A stretch of DNA of 64,000 nt from Longimicrobiales bacterium (GTDB lineage: Bacteria; Gemmatimonadota; Gemmatimonadetes; Longimicrobiales; Gaopeijiaceae): positions 512,001 through 576,000 of the forward strand of contig OZ242008.1 in assembly GCA_965204735.1 (NCBI GenBank), given 5' to 3'. Positions 37,331 to 46,645 of this stretch are shown here, piece by piece (position 1 is the first letter of the stretch; the number at the start of each line of letters is the position of its first letter). The notes below the pieces were generated by a model. That model ran no database searches and was not told where the DNA came from. It saw nothing but the letters and a program-made list of their open reading frames with translations. The translations under genes and the position numbers were made by a program.

Positions 37331-39322
37331 TCACGACCCGTCCGGGGGCACTCTCGCCGCCAGGAACCCCGGGTGCATGCGCGCCAGCCCCACGTCGTCC
37401 ACGGCCACGGTTCCGGCCTCGACCAAGTCGAAGACGAGCCGCACTTCCCGCAGCGTTGCAGCGTCGAACGCCGGGTTCGCCGCCGCGAAGTCCGACAGGG
37501 GGATCGAGAAGTGCTGCAGGACGAGCTCCCACGGGTTGGCGAAGCGCTGGTCCTCCAGGTCCCGCCGGCGCAGCACCCGCGTCTTCAGCGGCCTCCGCAG
37601 AGGGCCGTAGCTGCCCAGCCGAACCCGGGCCGAGTCGCCGTCTCCGTCCACGGCTTCGACCGTCAAGTCCAGCGGCTCCTTGTCGTCGGCGTCGCTTCCC
37701 TCCCGCCTTCCGTCGCCCTCGGCGCTTCCGGTCCGTCGCCCGCCCTCGTCCTCGTCGTCGGCGCCGGGGCGCTTTCGGGGCTCGGGCTCTTCGTCCACCC
37801 CTCCGACGTGCATCTCCACGGTGGCGCCGGGCTGCCCCGCCCCAAGGCCTTCGGCCAACTCCGGCGGCAGGGAGATCGCGAAGACCGCGGGCGGAGGCGG
37901 GTCGGCGGGGCCCGGGCCGTTCCAGCGGTTGTTCCACCCCAGCCACAAGGCCTGGTTCAGCTGGGAGGCCGACGTGTTGGCGCGGTTGCTGGAGCGCAGG
38001 TCGAGCCGTCCTTCCCGCCAAGTCCCGAAGTGCTCGCCCCGGAGACGCACGCCCGCCGCCGAGCCGGAAGTCACGTCGATGTCCTCTTCGAAGTCGGCGA
38101 GGGGCCGGAAGGAGTCGTCCATGAACCGGGTCACGTACATCGTCTTGGGCAGCCAGTCGCCCGCGACCCTGTGATCCCGGAAGAGAGGGCGGTAGCGGTC
38201 GTCGCCCTTGAGCGCCACGTCCAGGAACGCCGACACGAAGACGCGGCCGAACTCCCGCTGGTCCTCCGGCGGCAGCAGGCCCCGCAAGTCCAGGATGCGG
38301 GGGCTCCGGGGACCGTTGTCGTGGGCGCCCCAAACGGTGTTCCACTGGCCGTGGTTGGCTCGGTACACGTACACGGCGGACTTGAAGAACCGCCCGCCGC
38401 CCCCTCGCTGCTCGCCGTCGTCCCCTCCCTGCCCGCCGGCCCCGGCAAAGCGGACCCGGTTGAACTGGCGGAGGCCGTGGAAGCTGGTCACGTCGCCGTC
38501 GTGGGAGCCGTGAAAGACCAGGTAGCTCACGTCCTCCACGGGGGCTCGCTGGTCCGCCGGCAAGTACTGTCCGTCCACGGGCGCGACGGCCACGATCCCC
38601 TTCAAGGCGAACCCGAAGTCGAACTCCAGCGAAGCGTCGTCGGGGTAGCGCTCCAGGCGGTTGAACGCCGCCGCGAGCGCCACCGCCTCGCCTCCTCGGG
38701 AGTGGCCGATCAGCGCGATCGCGTTCATGTCCACCTTGCCGCGGAACGGGCCTTCCGGGTCCTCGGCGAACCGCCTCCACGCCTGCAGGTGCTTCAGCAG
38801 GAGCCAGCCCCGACCGTCGTTCTCGCCCCGAATCCCGCCGTTGACGAAGTTCATGTCCACCGAAGCCAGGACGTAGCCCCGGCTGGCCAGCAGCTCGCCC
38901 AGCCAGTCGTAGCCCGGGTCCGAGAACTCCTTCATGTTGTGGTTGCCGTGGACCACCAGCACCAGAGGGTGCGGCCCTGGGGCGTCGGGGTACCAGACCC
39001 TGCCGTTGATCGGAAAGCTGTCGGGCGAGAAGCCCCAGTACTCGTTCCGGGAGTCCGCCGATTCGCCCAGCTCCACCAGCTTGGAGGCGTCCACCGGCGC
39101 CGTGACGATCGTCACCGAGTCCCGGTACTCGGCTCGGTTCTTGTCGGTTCCGCTCCCGTAGTAGAGGGTCAGCACCGGGTGGGGACCGGGTCGCGCCGGG
39201 TTCTCTGCCTGAAGGAAGTGGCGGGCCAGCACGGCCGGGGCGTCCGAAGGCGCAAGCTCCAAGGCGCCCGCGCAGGCCGACCCCGCGGCCAGGACCAAGG
39301 CCGGCAGCGCCCGCGTCGCCAT
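37331..39322 (-). CDS. Secreted alpha/beta hydrolase
   Basis: Signal peptide, PLVLVVHGNH, nucleophile elbow IGHSRGG, HGSHDGD, ANHGQWN. Confidence 0.85.
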   Translation of the reverse strand: MATRALPALVLAAGSACAGALELAPSDAPAVLARHFLQAENPARPGPHPVLTLYYGSGTDKNRAEYRDSVTIVTAPVDASKLVELGESADSRNEYWGFSPDSFPINGRVWYPDAPGPHPLVLVVHGNHNMKEFSDPGYDWLGELLASRGYVLASVDMNFVNGGIRGENDGRGWLLLKHLQAWRRFAEDPEGPFRGKVDMNAIALIGHSRGGEAVALAAAFNRLERYPDDASLEFDFGFALKGIVAVAPVDGQYLPADQRAPVEDVSYLVFHGSHDGDVTSFHGLRQFNRVRFAGAGGQGGDDGEQRGGGGRFFKSAVYVYRANHGQWNTVWGAHDNGPRSPRILDLRGLLPPEDQREFGRVFVSAFLDVALKGDDRYRPLFRDHRVAGDWLPKTMYVTRFMDDSFRPLADFEEDIDVTSGSAAGVRLRGEHFGTWREGRLDLRSSNRANTSASQLNQALWLGWNNRWNGPGPADPPPPAVFAISLPPELAEGLGAGQPGATVEMHVGGVDEEPEPRKRPGADDEDEGGRRTGSAEGDGRREGSDADDKEPLDLTVEAVDGDGDSARVRLGSYGPLRRPLKTRVLRRRDLEDQRFANPWELVLQHFSIPLSDFAAANPAFDAATLREVRLVFDLVEAGTVAVDDVGLARMHPGFLAARVPPDGS

Positions 39323-39504
39323 TGACGCGCCCGTTCGAGTCGTCTCCGTCGCGGAGCTGCCGGTTGTCGCCCACGGTGCCATGACGACATGATACTCGCG
39401 CCCGGAAGCCGCGGGCCAGCGAGTCCGACGGTCCGCCTCCGGCCGACCGCCCCCAAGACGCCCGACCCCCACCCGAGACGCCGCCGACCACCCCCGAGAC
39501 CGAA

Positions 39505-41571
39505 ATGGCCAAGCTGAAGAAGGAACTCGGGCTCTTCGACGTCTTCGCCATCGCCACCGGCGCGACGTTGAGCTCCGGGTTCTTCCTCCTTCCCGGAATC
39601 GCCGCCGCCCAGGCCGGAGGGGCGCTTCCGGCGGCGTACCTGACGGCCGGCGTCTGCCTGATCCCGGGACTGCTCAGCATGGCCGAGCTCTCCACGGCGA
39701 TGCCCCGGGCGGGCGGCATCTACTACTTCCTGGACCGCAGCATGGGACCGCTGGTGGGCACGGTGGGCGGCTTCGGCACGTGGAGCACCCTCACCCTGAA
39801 GGTCGCCTTCGCGCTGGTGGGGCTGAGCGCGTACCTGGGCATCTACTTCCCGGAAGCGCCGGCGGGAGTGGTCGCGGTCGGCTTCGCCCTGGCGTTCGGC
39901 GTGGTGAACCTCCTCGGCGCCAAGAAGACCAGCATCCTGCAGCTGGTCATGACTCTGGTCACCGTGGGCGTCCTGGCGTGGTTCATCGCCACCGGGCTGC
40001 CCGCCGCCGACCCGGGCGCCTTCCGGGGCGCCTTGGGCATCGAAGCCAGCTCGTTCGTCTCGTCGGTCGGGCTGGTGATCGTGTCGTACATGGGGCTCAC
40101 CCAGGTCGCGTCGGTCTCCGAGGAAGTGAAGGACCCGGAGCGCAACCTTCCCGCCGGGATGCTTCTGGCGTTCGTGGTCGTGCTGTTCGTGTACGTGGCC
40201 GGGACGTGGGTGATGGTCGGCGTCGTCGGGCTGCCCGACCTGCAGGCGGGAGGCGGCGACCTGACTCCCGCGGCGTCGCTGGCCGAAGCGCTGTGGGGAC
40301 CCGTGGGCGGCACGGTGATGGCGGTCGCGGCGATCTCGGCGTTCCTCTCCGTGGGCAACGCCGGCGTGCTCTCGGCCAGCCGCTACCCCCTGGCGATGAG
40401 CCGCGACCAGATCCTCCCGGCCCGGCTGCGCCGGATCGGACGCCTGGGCACGCCCCACTGGGCCGTTGCCCTGACCGTCGCGCTGATCGTGGCGTGGGTC
40501 GCCCTCTTCGACGCCGCCCACATCGCCGAGCTGGCGGGCGCCTTCCTCCTGATCATGTTCGCCCTCAGCGCCCTGGCCGTGATCGTCATGCGGGAGAGCG
40601 GCCTGGAGTCGTACGATCCCGGCTTCCGATCGCCCCTCTACCCGTGGGTCCAGGTCGCCGGGCTGGTCATGCCCTTCCCGCTGATCATCGAGATGGGCTG
40701 GCTGGCGACGCTCCTCAGCGTCGGCTTCGTTCTCTTCGGCGTGGCGTGGTTCCGTGCGTTCGCCCGCGCGCGAGTGTCCAGGGAGGGCGCCGTCTACCAT
40801 CTCTTCGCCCGTCTGGGAGAGCAGCGGGACGCCGGACTGGAGCAGGAGCTGCGGGAGATTCTGAAGGAGAAGGGAGTGCGTTCGGCAGACCCCTTCGAGA
40901 GGCTGGTGGCGTCGTCGGCGGTGCTGGACAAGGAGGGCGCGGCGCCGTTCTCCGAGCTGGTCGAGGAGGCGTCGGGCGTCCTGTCGGAAGAGCTGGGCCT
41001 GCCCGCCGAGGAGCTGCGCGAAGGGTTCCTGGAGGGAACGGCCACGGGGCTGACTCCGGTTTCGCACGGCGTGGCGCTTCCCCACCTTCGGCTGGCGGCG
41101 ATTCCCGGTCCCCGCATGGTGGTGGTTCGGGCGCGGGCGGGGATCGAGATCGACATCGAGACCGAGGCGCCTCCGCCCGCGGACCAGCCGATTCAGGCGG
41201 CGTTCTTCCTGGCGAGCCCCGTGGGGCGGCCTGGGCAGCACCTGCGCATCCTTGCCCAGATCGCCGGGCGGGTCGACGACGACAGCTTCCTGGCCGAATG
41301 GCTCGCGGCCGGCGACGCCCAGGCCCTGCGGGAGGTCATGCTGCGCGACGAGCACATGCTGGCGCTCAAGGTGCTGCCCTACGGCCCCACCAAGGACTTG
41401 GCCGGGAAGAGCATCATCGAGCTGGCGTTTCCCAGGGAGCTGCTGGTGGCGATGATCCGCCGCCGGGGCGAGCTGGTGGTGCCCAAGGGAGACACGGTGC
41501 TCAAGGCGGGCGACCGGATCACGATCCTGGGCGACCCCCGGGCGATCACGGCTTTGCGGCGGCGCTACTAG
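39505..41571 (+). CDS. APC-family amino acid permease with PTS-IIA-like and TrkA-C domains
   Basis: ELSTAMPRAGG, SEEVKDPERN, many TM helices, GVALPH, VVPKGDTVLKAGD. Confidence 0.9.
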   Translation: MAKLKKELGLFDVFAIATGATLSSGFFLLPGIAAAQAGGALPAAYLTAGVCLIPGLLSMAELSTAMPRAGGIYYFLDRSMGPLVGTVGGFGTWSTLTLKVAFALVGLSAYLGIYFPEAPAGVVAVGFALAFGVVNLLGAKKTSILQLVMTLVTVGVLAWFIATGLPAADPGAFRGALGIEASSFVSSVGLVIVSYMGLTQVASVSEEVKDPERNLPAGMLLAFVVVLFVYVAGTWVMVGVVGLPDLQAGGGDLTPAASLAEALWGPVGGTVMAVAAISAFLSVGNAGVLSASRYPLAMSRDQILPARLRRIGRLGTPHWAVALTVALIVAWVALFDAAHIAELAGAFLLIMFALSALAVIVMRESGLESYDPGFRSPLYPWVQVAGLVMPFPLIIEMGWLATLLSVGFVLFGVAWFRAFARARVSREGAVYHLFARLGEQRDAGLEQELREILKEKGVRSADPFERLVASSAVLDKEGAAPFSELVEEASGVLSEELGLPAEELREGFLEGTATGLTPVSHGVALPHLRLAAIPGPRMVVVRARAGIEIDIETEAPPPADQPIQAAFFLASPVGRPGQHLRILAQIAGRVDDDSFLAEWLAAGDAQALREVMLRDEHMLALKVLPYGPTKDLAGKSIIELAFPRELLVAMIRRRGELVVPKGDTVLKAGDRITILGDPRAITALRRRY

Positions 41572-41633
41572 CAGGCCGCCTGGACCAACGGCCCGCCTGC
41601 GAGCGGCCGGACCACGCAAGGAGCGCGAACTGC

Positions 41634-42338
41634 ATGAGGCTTCGGACCGGAACCAGCGGCTTCTCCTACAAGGAGTGGAAGGGCAGCTTCTACCCCGAAA
41701 AGCTGCCCGCCACGCGGATGCTCGAGTACTACTCCCGGCGCTTGGACGCCGTGGAGATCAACAACACCTTCTACCGCCTGCCCCGGGCCGAGCTGCTCGA
41801 GAAGTGGAGGTCCCAGACGCCGGAGGACTTCGCCTTCGTGCTCAAGGCCAGTCGGCGGATCACCCACCACAAGCGGCTGAAGGACGCCGACGAGCCCCTG
41901 GAGTACCTGACGCGCACGGCCACCGAGGCGCTGGGGGCCGCCATGGGACCGATCCTCTTCCAGCTGCCGCCCTACCTGCGCAAGGACGTGGGGCGCTTGG
42001 CCGAGTTCCTGGAGACGGTGCCCGACGGCGTGCGCGCCGCCTTCGAGTTCCGCCACGAGAGCTGGTTCGGCGACGACACCTACCAGGCGCTTTCGGACGG
42101 CGGGGCCGCTCTGGTGACGGCGGACACCGGCGAGGGCGAGGCGCCGGTGGCGGCGACGGCGGAGTTCGGCTACGCCAGGCTGCGTCGCCCGGCATACGAC
42201 GACGGGGACCTGGAAGGCTGGGCGGCCGCGTTCCGCGAGCAGGGCTGGGACGATCTCTTCGTCTTCTTCAAGCACGAGGACGCCGGAGCGGGTCCGGCGC
42301 TGGCCGCGCGCTTTCGGCAGCGGTGGGCGGAGGGCTGA
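41634..42338 (+). CDS. DUF72 family protein
   Basis: GTSGFSYKEWKGSFYP, VEINNTFYRLP, ILFQLPP, FEFRHESW. Confidence 0.92.
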   Translation: MRLRTGTSGFSYKEWKGSFYPEKLPATRMLEYYSRRLDAVEINNTFYRLPRAELLEKWRSQTPEDFAFVLKASRRITHHKRLKDADEPLEYLTRTATEALGAAMGPILFQLPPYLRKDVGRLAEFLETVPDGVRAAFEFRHESWFGDDTYQALSDGGAALVTADTGEGEAPVAATAEFGYARLRRPAYDDGDLEGWAAAFREQGWDDLFVFFKHEDAGAGPALAARFRQRWAEG

Positions 42339-42354
42339 CCCGGGCGAGCCGCGG

Positions 42355-43587
42355 TCAGCGGCGCGCGATCGCGTGCATTTCGACCCGTTCCACGCCCAGC
42401 GCGTCCCGTCTGCGCAGCAGGAGTCGGTCGGCGGAAGCGTCCAAGACGCCGACCGAGCGCGGCAGGTCGAACCGGCGGAGCCGCCGCCCGTCGAGGGTCA
42501 TGTTCACCCACGGCCGCATCTCGATCCCGGGCACCCCGCGGCCGGGGACCCACAGAGTGCCGTCCGCAGCCACATTGACCGGTCCGAATCCGTCGATCTG
42601 CGCCGGGATCGGCGCCTTCTCGAGCCGGCTCCGCATTCTCGCCTCGGTCCGCGCGACGTTCGCGTACAGCGAGTCCGTGATCATGTCCCGCAGGTCGTCC
42701 GTGACTTGGATGTCCATTCCGGCTACTTCGATCTCTCCCACGGTCGCGCCGTTCCGGTCCATGACGGTGACCACCGGCCGCTCGCCGTCCGAGACGAACA
42801 GCCTGTCGTCGCTGGCGGACATGGATGTTCCCGCCGCCACGGGCACCGGCGGCATCGTGAACCCGACACCGCCCGGTCCGAAGACCAGCTCCGGCCCAGC
42901 CATCTCCGCGACCTTCGGGATGCTGTCCGAGTCGACGTAGCGAAAGAGTTCGATCGGAACCCGCTGTCGGCCTGGGCCGAAATCTCCGGGCACGATCCGC
43001 AAGCCTCCGAGCAGCCACAGCTCGCCGTCGCCGGCAGGCAGGGCGCTGCCTGGCACCACTTCCGTCCCGCGCAACATGGTGCTGCGACCTTCGCCCGTCG
43101 CGACGGAGAACACGGTGTACCGGTTCAGTTGCGAATCGTAGACGAACACCGAGTCGCCGGGCCACCGCGCGACTCTGGCTATCGTCGTGAACTCCATCGG
43201 GCCCTCGCCTTCTTCCCCTCCGACGATTCTCTCCGTCCGGCCCTCTGCGTTCACCACCAGTACCCGGTAGGCGCCTCGGTCCGCCACGACGACTCGGCCC
43301 GAATCCATCAGCAGTCCGCCGAACACGCTGCTCAGCGGATCGGTCTCGTCGTCGCCCAGCACGAAGAGCGGGCTGCCGTCGAGCATCCACTCCTCGGCGT
43401 CCGCAACGTCCACGGAGACGAAGCCGGAGTCGGGCTCGGGCTCCACTCCGTCTTGCGTGCACGTCGCCGCGAGGACGGCGACCAGCGCCGCCGCCAACCA
43501 CGAGCGCCTCGCCGCCCGCCGGCAAGCGGCGCCTGCTGGAGTCTTGATGGTCACGAGATGCGCAACCGCAGCTTGGCGACCCTCCAT
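42355..43587 (-). CDS. Exported 6-bladed beta-propeller-like protein (probable lipoprotein)
   Basis: GGAG RBS; LAAALVAVLAATC; GRVVVADRG, GEGPMEF, DSVFVYD, GTLWV, DALGVERVE. Confidence 0.75.
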   Translation of the reverse strand: MEGRQAAVAHLVTIKTPAGAACRRAARRSWLAAALVAVLAATCTQDGVEPEPDSGFVSVDVADAEEWMLDGSPLFVLGDDETDPLSSVFGGLLMDSGRVVVADRGAYRVLVVNAEGRTERIVGGEEGEGPMEFTTIARVARWPGDSVFVYDSQLNRYTVFSVATGEGRSTMLRGTEVVPGSALPAGDGELWLLGGLRIVPGDFGPGRQRVPIELFRYVDSDSIPKVAEMAGPELVFGPGGVGFTMPPVPVAAGTSMSASDDRLFVSDGERPVVTVMDRNGATVGEIEVAGMDIQVTDDLRDMITDSLYANVARTEARMRSRLEKAPIPAQIDGFGPVNVAADGTLWVPGRGVPGIEMRPWVNMTLDGRRLRRFDLPRSVGVLDASADRLLLRRRDALGVERVEMHAIARR

Positions 43588-44858
43588 GGGGGCTCCTCTC
43601 TGTTCGTCAGCAGATACAGGAATCGGCCGCCGCCCAGCACCTCCGATCCATCCGGCAACGACACGTCCTCGTAGAGCTTGGCCCCCGTGTGTCTGTCGTA
43701 CACGTCGACCGACGTGTTCAGCCACTTGAAGGGCGGAAAAGGCTTGGTCGGGTCCAAGACGCCCAGCGTCACCACCAAGTAGGAGTCCGCCACCACGTCG
43801 ATTCCGTGGATCATGTCGAACGAAGCCAGGAAGTCGACAAGACCGCCTCCCGGCCCCTGGTCGACCAACGCACCGAGCTCGAGCACCGGAATCGGGCGAA
43901 ACGAAGTCGAGGGCGTACCGATCGTGCCCACCGAATCGCCCGCTCCGTTGTAGACGACCACGGGGTAGCCGAGGCTGGTGGTCGCAAACACCGAGTCGCC
44001 TGCCGCGGTACCGAGGAAAGCCGCGAACGAGTCCCAGTAAGGACGCTCGGATGGAACGTACGGGAAGCTGTATCGACTCCAGGCCACTTGATCGCCGACC
44101 ACTCGATGAAAGAACGGCAGTCGGTCCGCCCTCACTGCTTCCCACTCGCCCACTTGCATCTCCAGCAGCAAGTCTGGACCAAGAGCAACAGCGTCCCATG
44201 GGTGCCCGGAGATCGGGACGACCGTGTCCCGTTCCAGTGCATCTGTCAGGTACAACAGTCTTTTCTTGGTGTACTCCACGGCCACGACGCCGCCCGCGGC
44301 CGTCTCGGCTACGCCCCCAACCCGCTCGAAGCTCCAAGGGTTCCTAACACCGAACCGCCCGAAAGCCGCTTCCAGCCGGCCGTCTTCGCTGTACGTCCTT
44401 ATCCGCGGAAGCAGCCGGTCGGCCAAGACGAAGCCGCCTCGTCGGCGCTCCACGAAGGCGCCGGGCTGAGCAATCGAATCCGCCGCGTCTTCGCCAAGCT
44501 CCACGATCCCCTCAAAGGCGAACACGTCCACAAACCCCGCGTTGGCCGGTGCTTCCCCTGGGGCTTGGCCGGGCTCGCAGCCTGCAAGCAGGGCCAGCCC
44601 CAGGGAAAGCAGGGTTGTGCCCGGCCCGGTCTTGGTCCCCGAGCCGATCGACGAGCTGACTATTATGACGGCCCGTCTACGACGACCTCGACGCCCGGCA
44701 GGCAACAGATCTGCTCCCGGGAATCGCAGACGTTCCCCACGCACGACTGGTTGCCCGACGATCCGGGTATGTCGTGGCAGTAGTCGGAGTCGCAGTCGCC
44801 GGACGCCGACGTGGGGACGGGGCTGACGGTCGCGACCAACTTGCGTCACCAGCTCCAT
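43551..44858 (-). CDS. Second beta-propeller-like lipoprotein; N-terminal ~70 aa probably an artefact of a deletion-fusion
   Basis: Lipobox LALLAGC near 44580; FVLADR, YSEDGRL, VVVYNGAGD, VDVYDRHTG. The only strong RBS+ATG in frame is at 44858. Confidence 0.65.
   Translation of the reverse strand: MELVTQVGRDRQPRPHVGVRRLRLRLLPRHTRIVGQPVVRGERLRFPGADLLPAGRRGRRRRAVIIVSSSIGSGTKTGPGTTLLSLGLALLAGCEPGQAPGEAPANAGFVDVFAFEGIVELGEDAADSIAQPGAFVERRRGGFVLADRLLPRIRTYSEDGRLEAAFGRFGVRNPWSFERVGGVAETAAGGVVAVEYTKKRLLYLTDALERDTVVPISGHPWDAVALGPDLLLEMQVGEWEAVRADRLPFFHRVVGDQVAWSRYSFPYVPSERPYWDSFAAFLGTAAGDSVFATTSLGYPVVVYNGAGDSVGTIGTPSTSFRPIPVLELGALVDQGPGGGLVDFLASFDMIHGIDVVADSYLVVTLGVLDPTKPFPPFKWLNTSVDVYDRHTGAKLYEDVSLPDGSEVLGGGRFLYLLTNREEPPWRVAKLRLRIS
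44663..44839 (-). CDS. Small 6-Cys peptide (58 aa), probably frameshifted from ATG 44858
   Basis: Manual translation: LVATVSPVPTSASGDCDSDYCHDIPGSSGNQSCVGNVCDSREQICCLPGVEVVVDGPS-stop; not in the supplied ORF track. Confidence 0.6.
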   Translation of the reverse strand: MVATVSPVPTSASGDCDSDYCHDIPGSSGNQSCVGNVCDSREQICCLPGVEVVVDGPS

Positions 44859-45343
44859 GTCGATCCTCCTTGGGATCTTAGGGTTGACTGTTGCGGATCA
44901 GCGCGCTCGGCAGAACGCCCCGCAGGACGCCCACCTGCGCCTCGAAGCTCCAGCCGCACCTCTTCCCGCGTCACCGTCGTGACGGTCGTACCGCGCAACG
45001 CACGACGAACCTCGCCGGGAAGGCCGCCCGCACCGACTACCAACAGATGACGGCGCAACGACGAATCCGCCGCCAGCGCGTTCCATGCCGCCACGCCGTC
45101 TCCGAAGCACCTGTCGCAACGGCCCCAAGGCTGTCCGACCGCTCAATCATCGGCAACGACACCCGGGTGCCCACTAACCTGTCCCTCACAAGGGGTGCGG
45201 TTCGCCAGAGGACCGGTGGACTGGAGGGCTGCTTGGTACTTCCGGTTCACGCTCGTGGTCTTCCAAACGGCAACCGCCGCCAAGAGCATCAGCACGAAGA
45301 CGCTCCCGTCCAGAACCCGTCGACCCGCGGTTCTTGGCTTCAT
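44846..45343 (-). pseudogene. Decayed membrane-anchored CxxC (redoxin-like) gene
   Basis: MKPRTAGRRVLDGSVFVLMLLAAVAVW..., in-frame TGA at 45143-45145, same frame continues CDRCFGDGVAAWNALA. Confidence 0.45.
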
Positions 45344-45624
45344 GGCCCGGACACTCCACACTCCCGTTGTGGACGCTCCCCGACCCCATCCCGTCCATCC
45401 ATCAACATAGTACACCCTGGCCGTCCAGAACCCAAGGAAGCCGTCCAGACGCAAACGGCGCCAAGCTGGCCCGAAGCCTGGGCGTGGACATCGAGGCGCG
45501 AGCGAGCGTTGCGCGGGAGGGGGGACGGGTGTCACGTTGGACGCCGGCAGCCGTTGCTCGGCGGTCGCCGCCCGTCGCTGGCCGCCGGCCCCACCCGCAC
45601 CAACCCGCAAAGAGGACGCACGAG

Positions 45625-46641
45625 ATGGCAACCCGACGAGACTGGCTTCGCTCCACTGCTGCCGCCGGCGCGGCGCTTGCCGTTGCTCCGGGGGTCGTCC
45701 GCGCCCTGGGCGCCGCGGCGTCGGCGGGCGCAACCGGCAGTCGAGCCGCCAGGAGCGCCGCCCGCTGGACCCAGGACCTGATCACCCGGGCCGTTCCCTC
45801 CACAGGCGAGCAGCTGCCGATCGTGGGCGTGGGCAGCTCCGCCACCTTCCGCCGCATGGCCGACGCCGGCGAAGTCGACGGGCTGCGAGAGGTGCTGCGG
45901 ACCCTGGTGGAGAGCGGAGGCACCGTGCTGGACACGGCCCCCAGCTACGGCAAGTCGGAAGAGGTGTGCGGCGACTTGGCCAAGGAGCTGGACATCGCCG
46001 ACAGGCTCTTCTGGGCCACCAAGGTCAACGTGGCGGGCCGGGGCGGCTCCGCGAGCCGGGGGCGGGCCGTGGAGCAGATCGAGCGCTCCTTCGACTACCT
46101 GGACGTGGACGTGATCGACCTGATCCAAGTCCACAACGTGGGCGACCCGCAGACGCAGGTGCCCGTCATCCAGGAGCTGAAGGCCGAAGGCCGGACCCGC
46201 TACATCGGCATCACCAGCACGAGAAAGCGGCAGTACGACGTCCTGGCCGAGGCCATGGAGGAGTACCCGCTGGACTTCATCGGCATCGACTACGCCGTGG
46301 ACAACACGAGCGCGGCGGAGATGATCCTGCCCCTGGCGCAGGAGCGGGAGATCGGCGTGCTGGTGTACGTCCCCTTCGGGCGGACTCGGCTGTGGAGCCG
46401 CGTCGGAGACCGGGAAGTGCCCGAGTGGGCCCGGGAGTTCGGCGCCGAATCGTGGGCCCAGTTCTTCATCAAGTTCGCCGCGGCCCATCCGGCGGTGACG
46501 GTGGTCACTCCAGGCACCAGCCGACCCGAGCACATGCTGGACAACATGGGCGCCGCCCGCGGCCGGCTTCCCGACGCGGACGAGCAGGCCAGGATGGTCG
46601 AGTTCGTCGACGGGCTGCCCGAGGCTCCTCGCCGCGGCTGA
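45625..46641 (+). CDS. Tat-exported aldo/keto reductase
   Basis: TRRDWL Tat motif; LDTAPSYGKSE, ATKV, IDLIQVHN, YIGIT. Confidence 0.92.
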   Translation: MATRRDWLRSTAAAGAALAVAPGVVRALGAAASAGATGSRAARSAARWTQDLITRAVPSTGEQLPIVGVGSSATFRRMADAGEVDGLREVLRTLVESGGTVLDTAPSYGKSEEVCGDLAKELDIADRLFWATKVNVAGRGGSASRGRAVEQIERSFDYLDVDVIDLIQVHNVGDPQTQVPVIQELKAEGRTRYIGITSTRKRQYDVLAEAMEEYPLDFIGIDYAVDNTSAAEMILPLAQEREIGVLVYVPFGRTRLWSRVGDREVPEWAREFGAESWAQFFIKFAAAHPAVTVVTPGTSRPEHMLDNMGAARGRLPDADEQARMVEFVDGLPEAPRRG

Positions 46642-46645
46642 CCGC

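Noticed and set aside
45143..45145. In-frame TGA as selenocysteine
   Set aside because: Not at a CxxC/CxxU position, no SECIS recognised, and neighbouring lesions favour decay.
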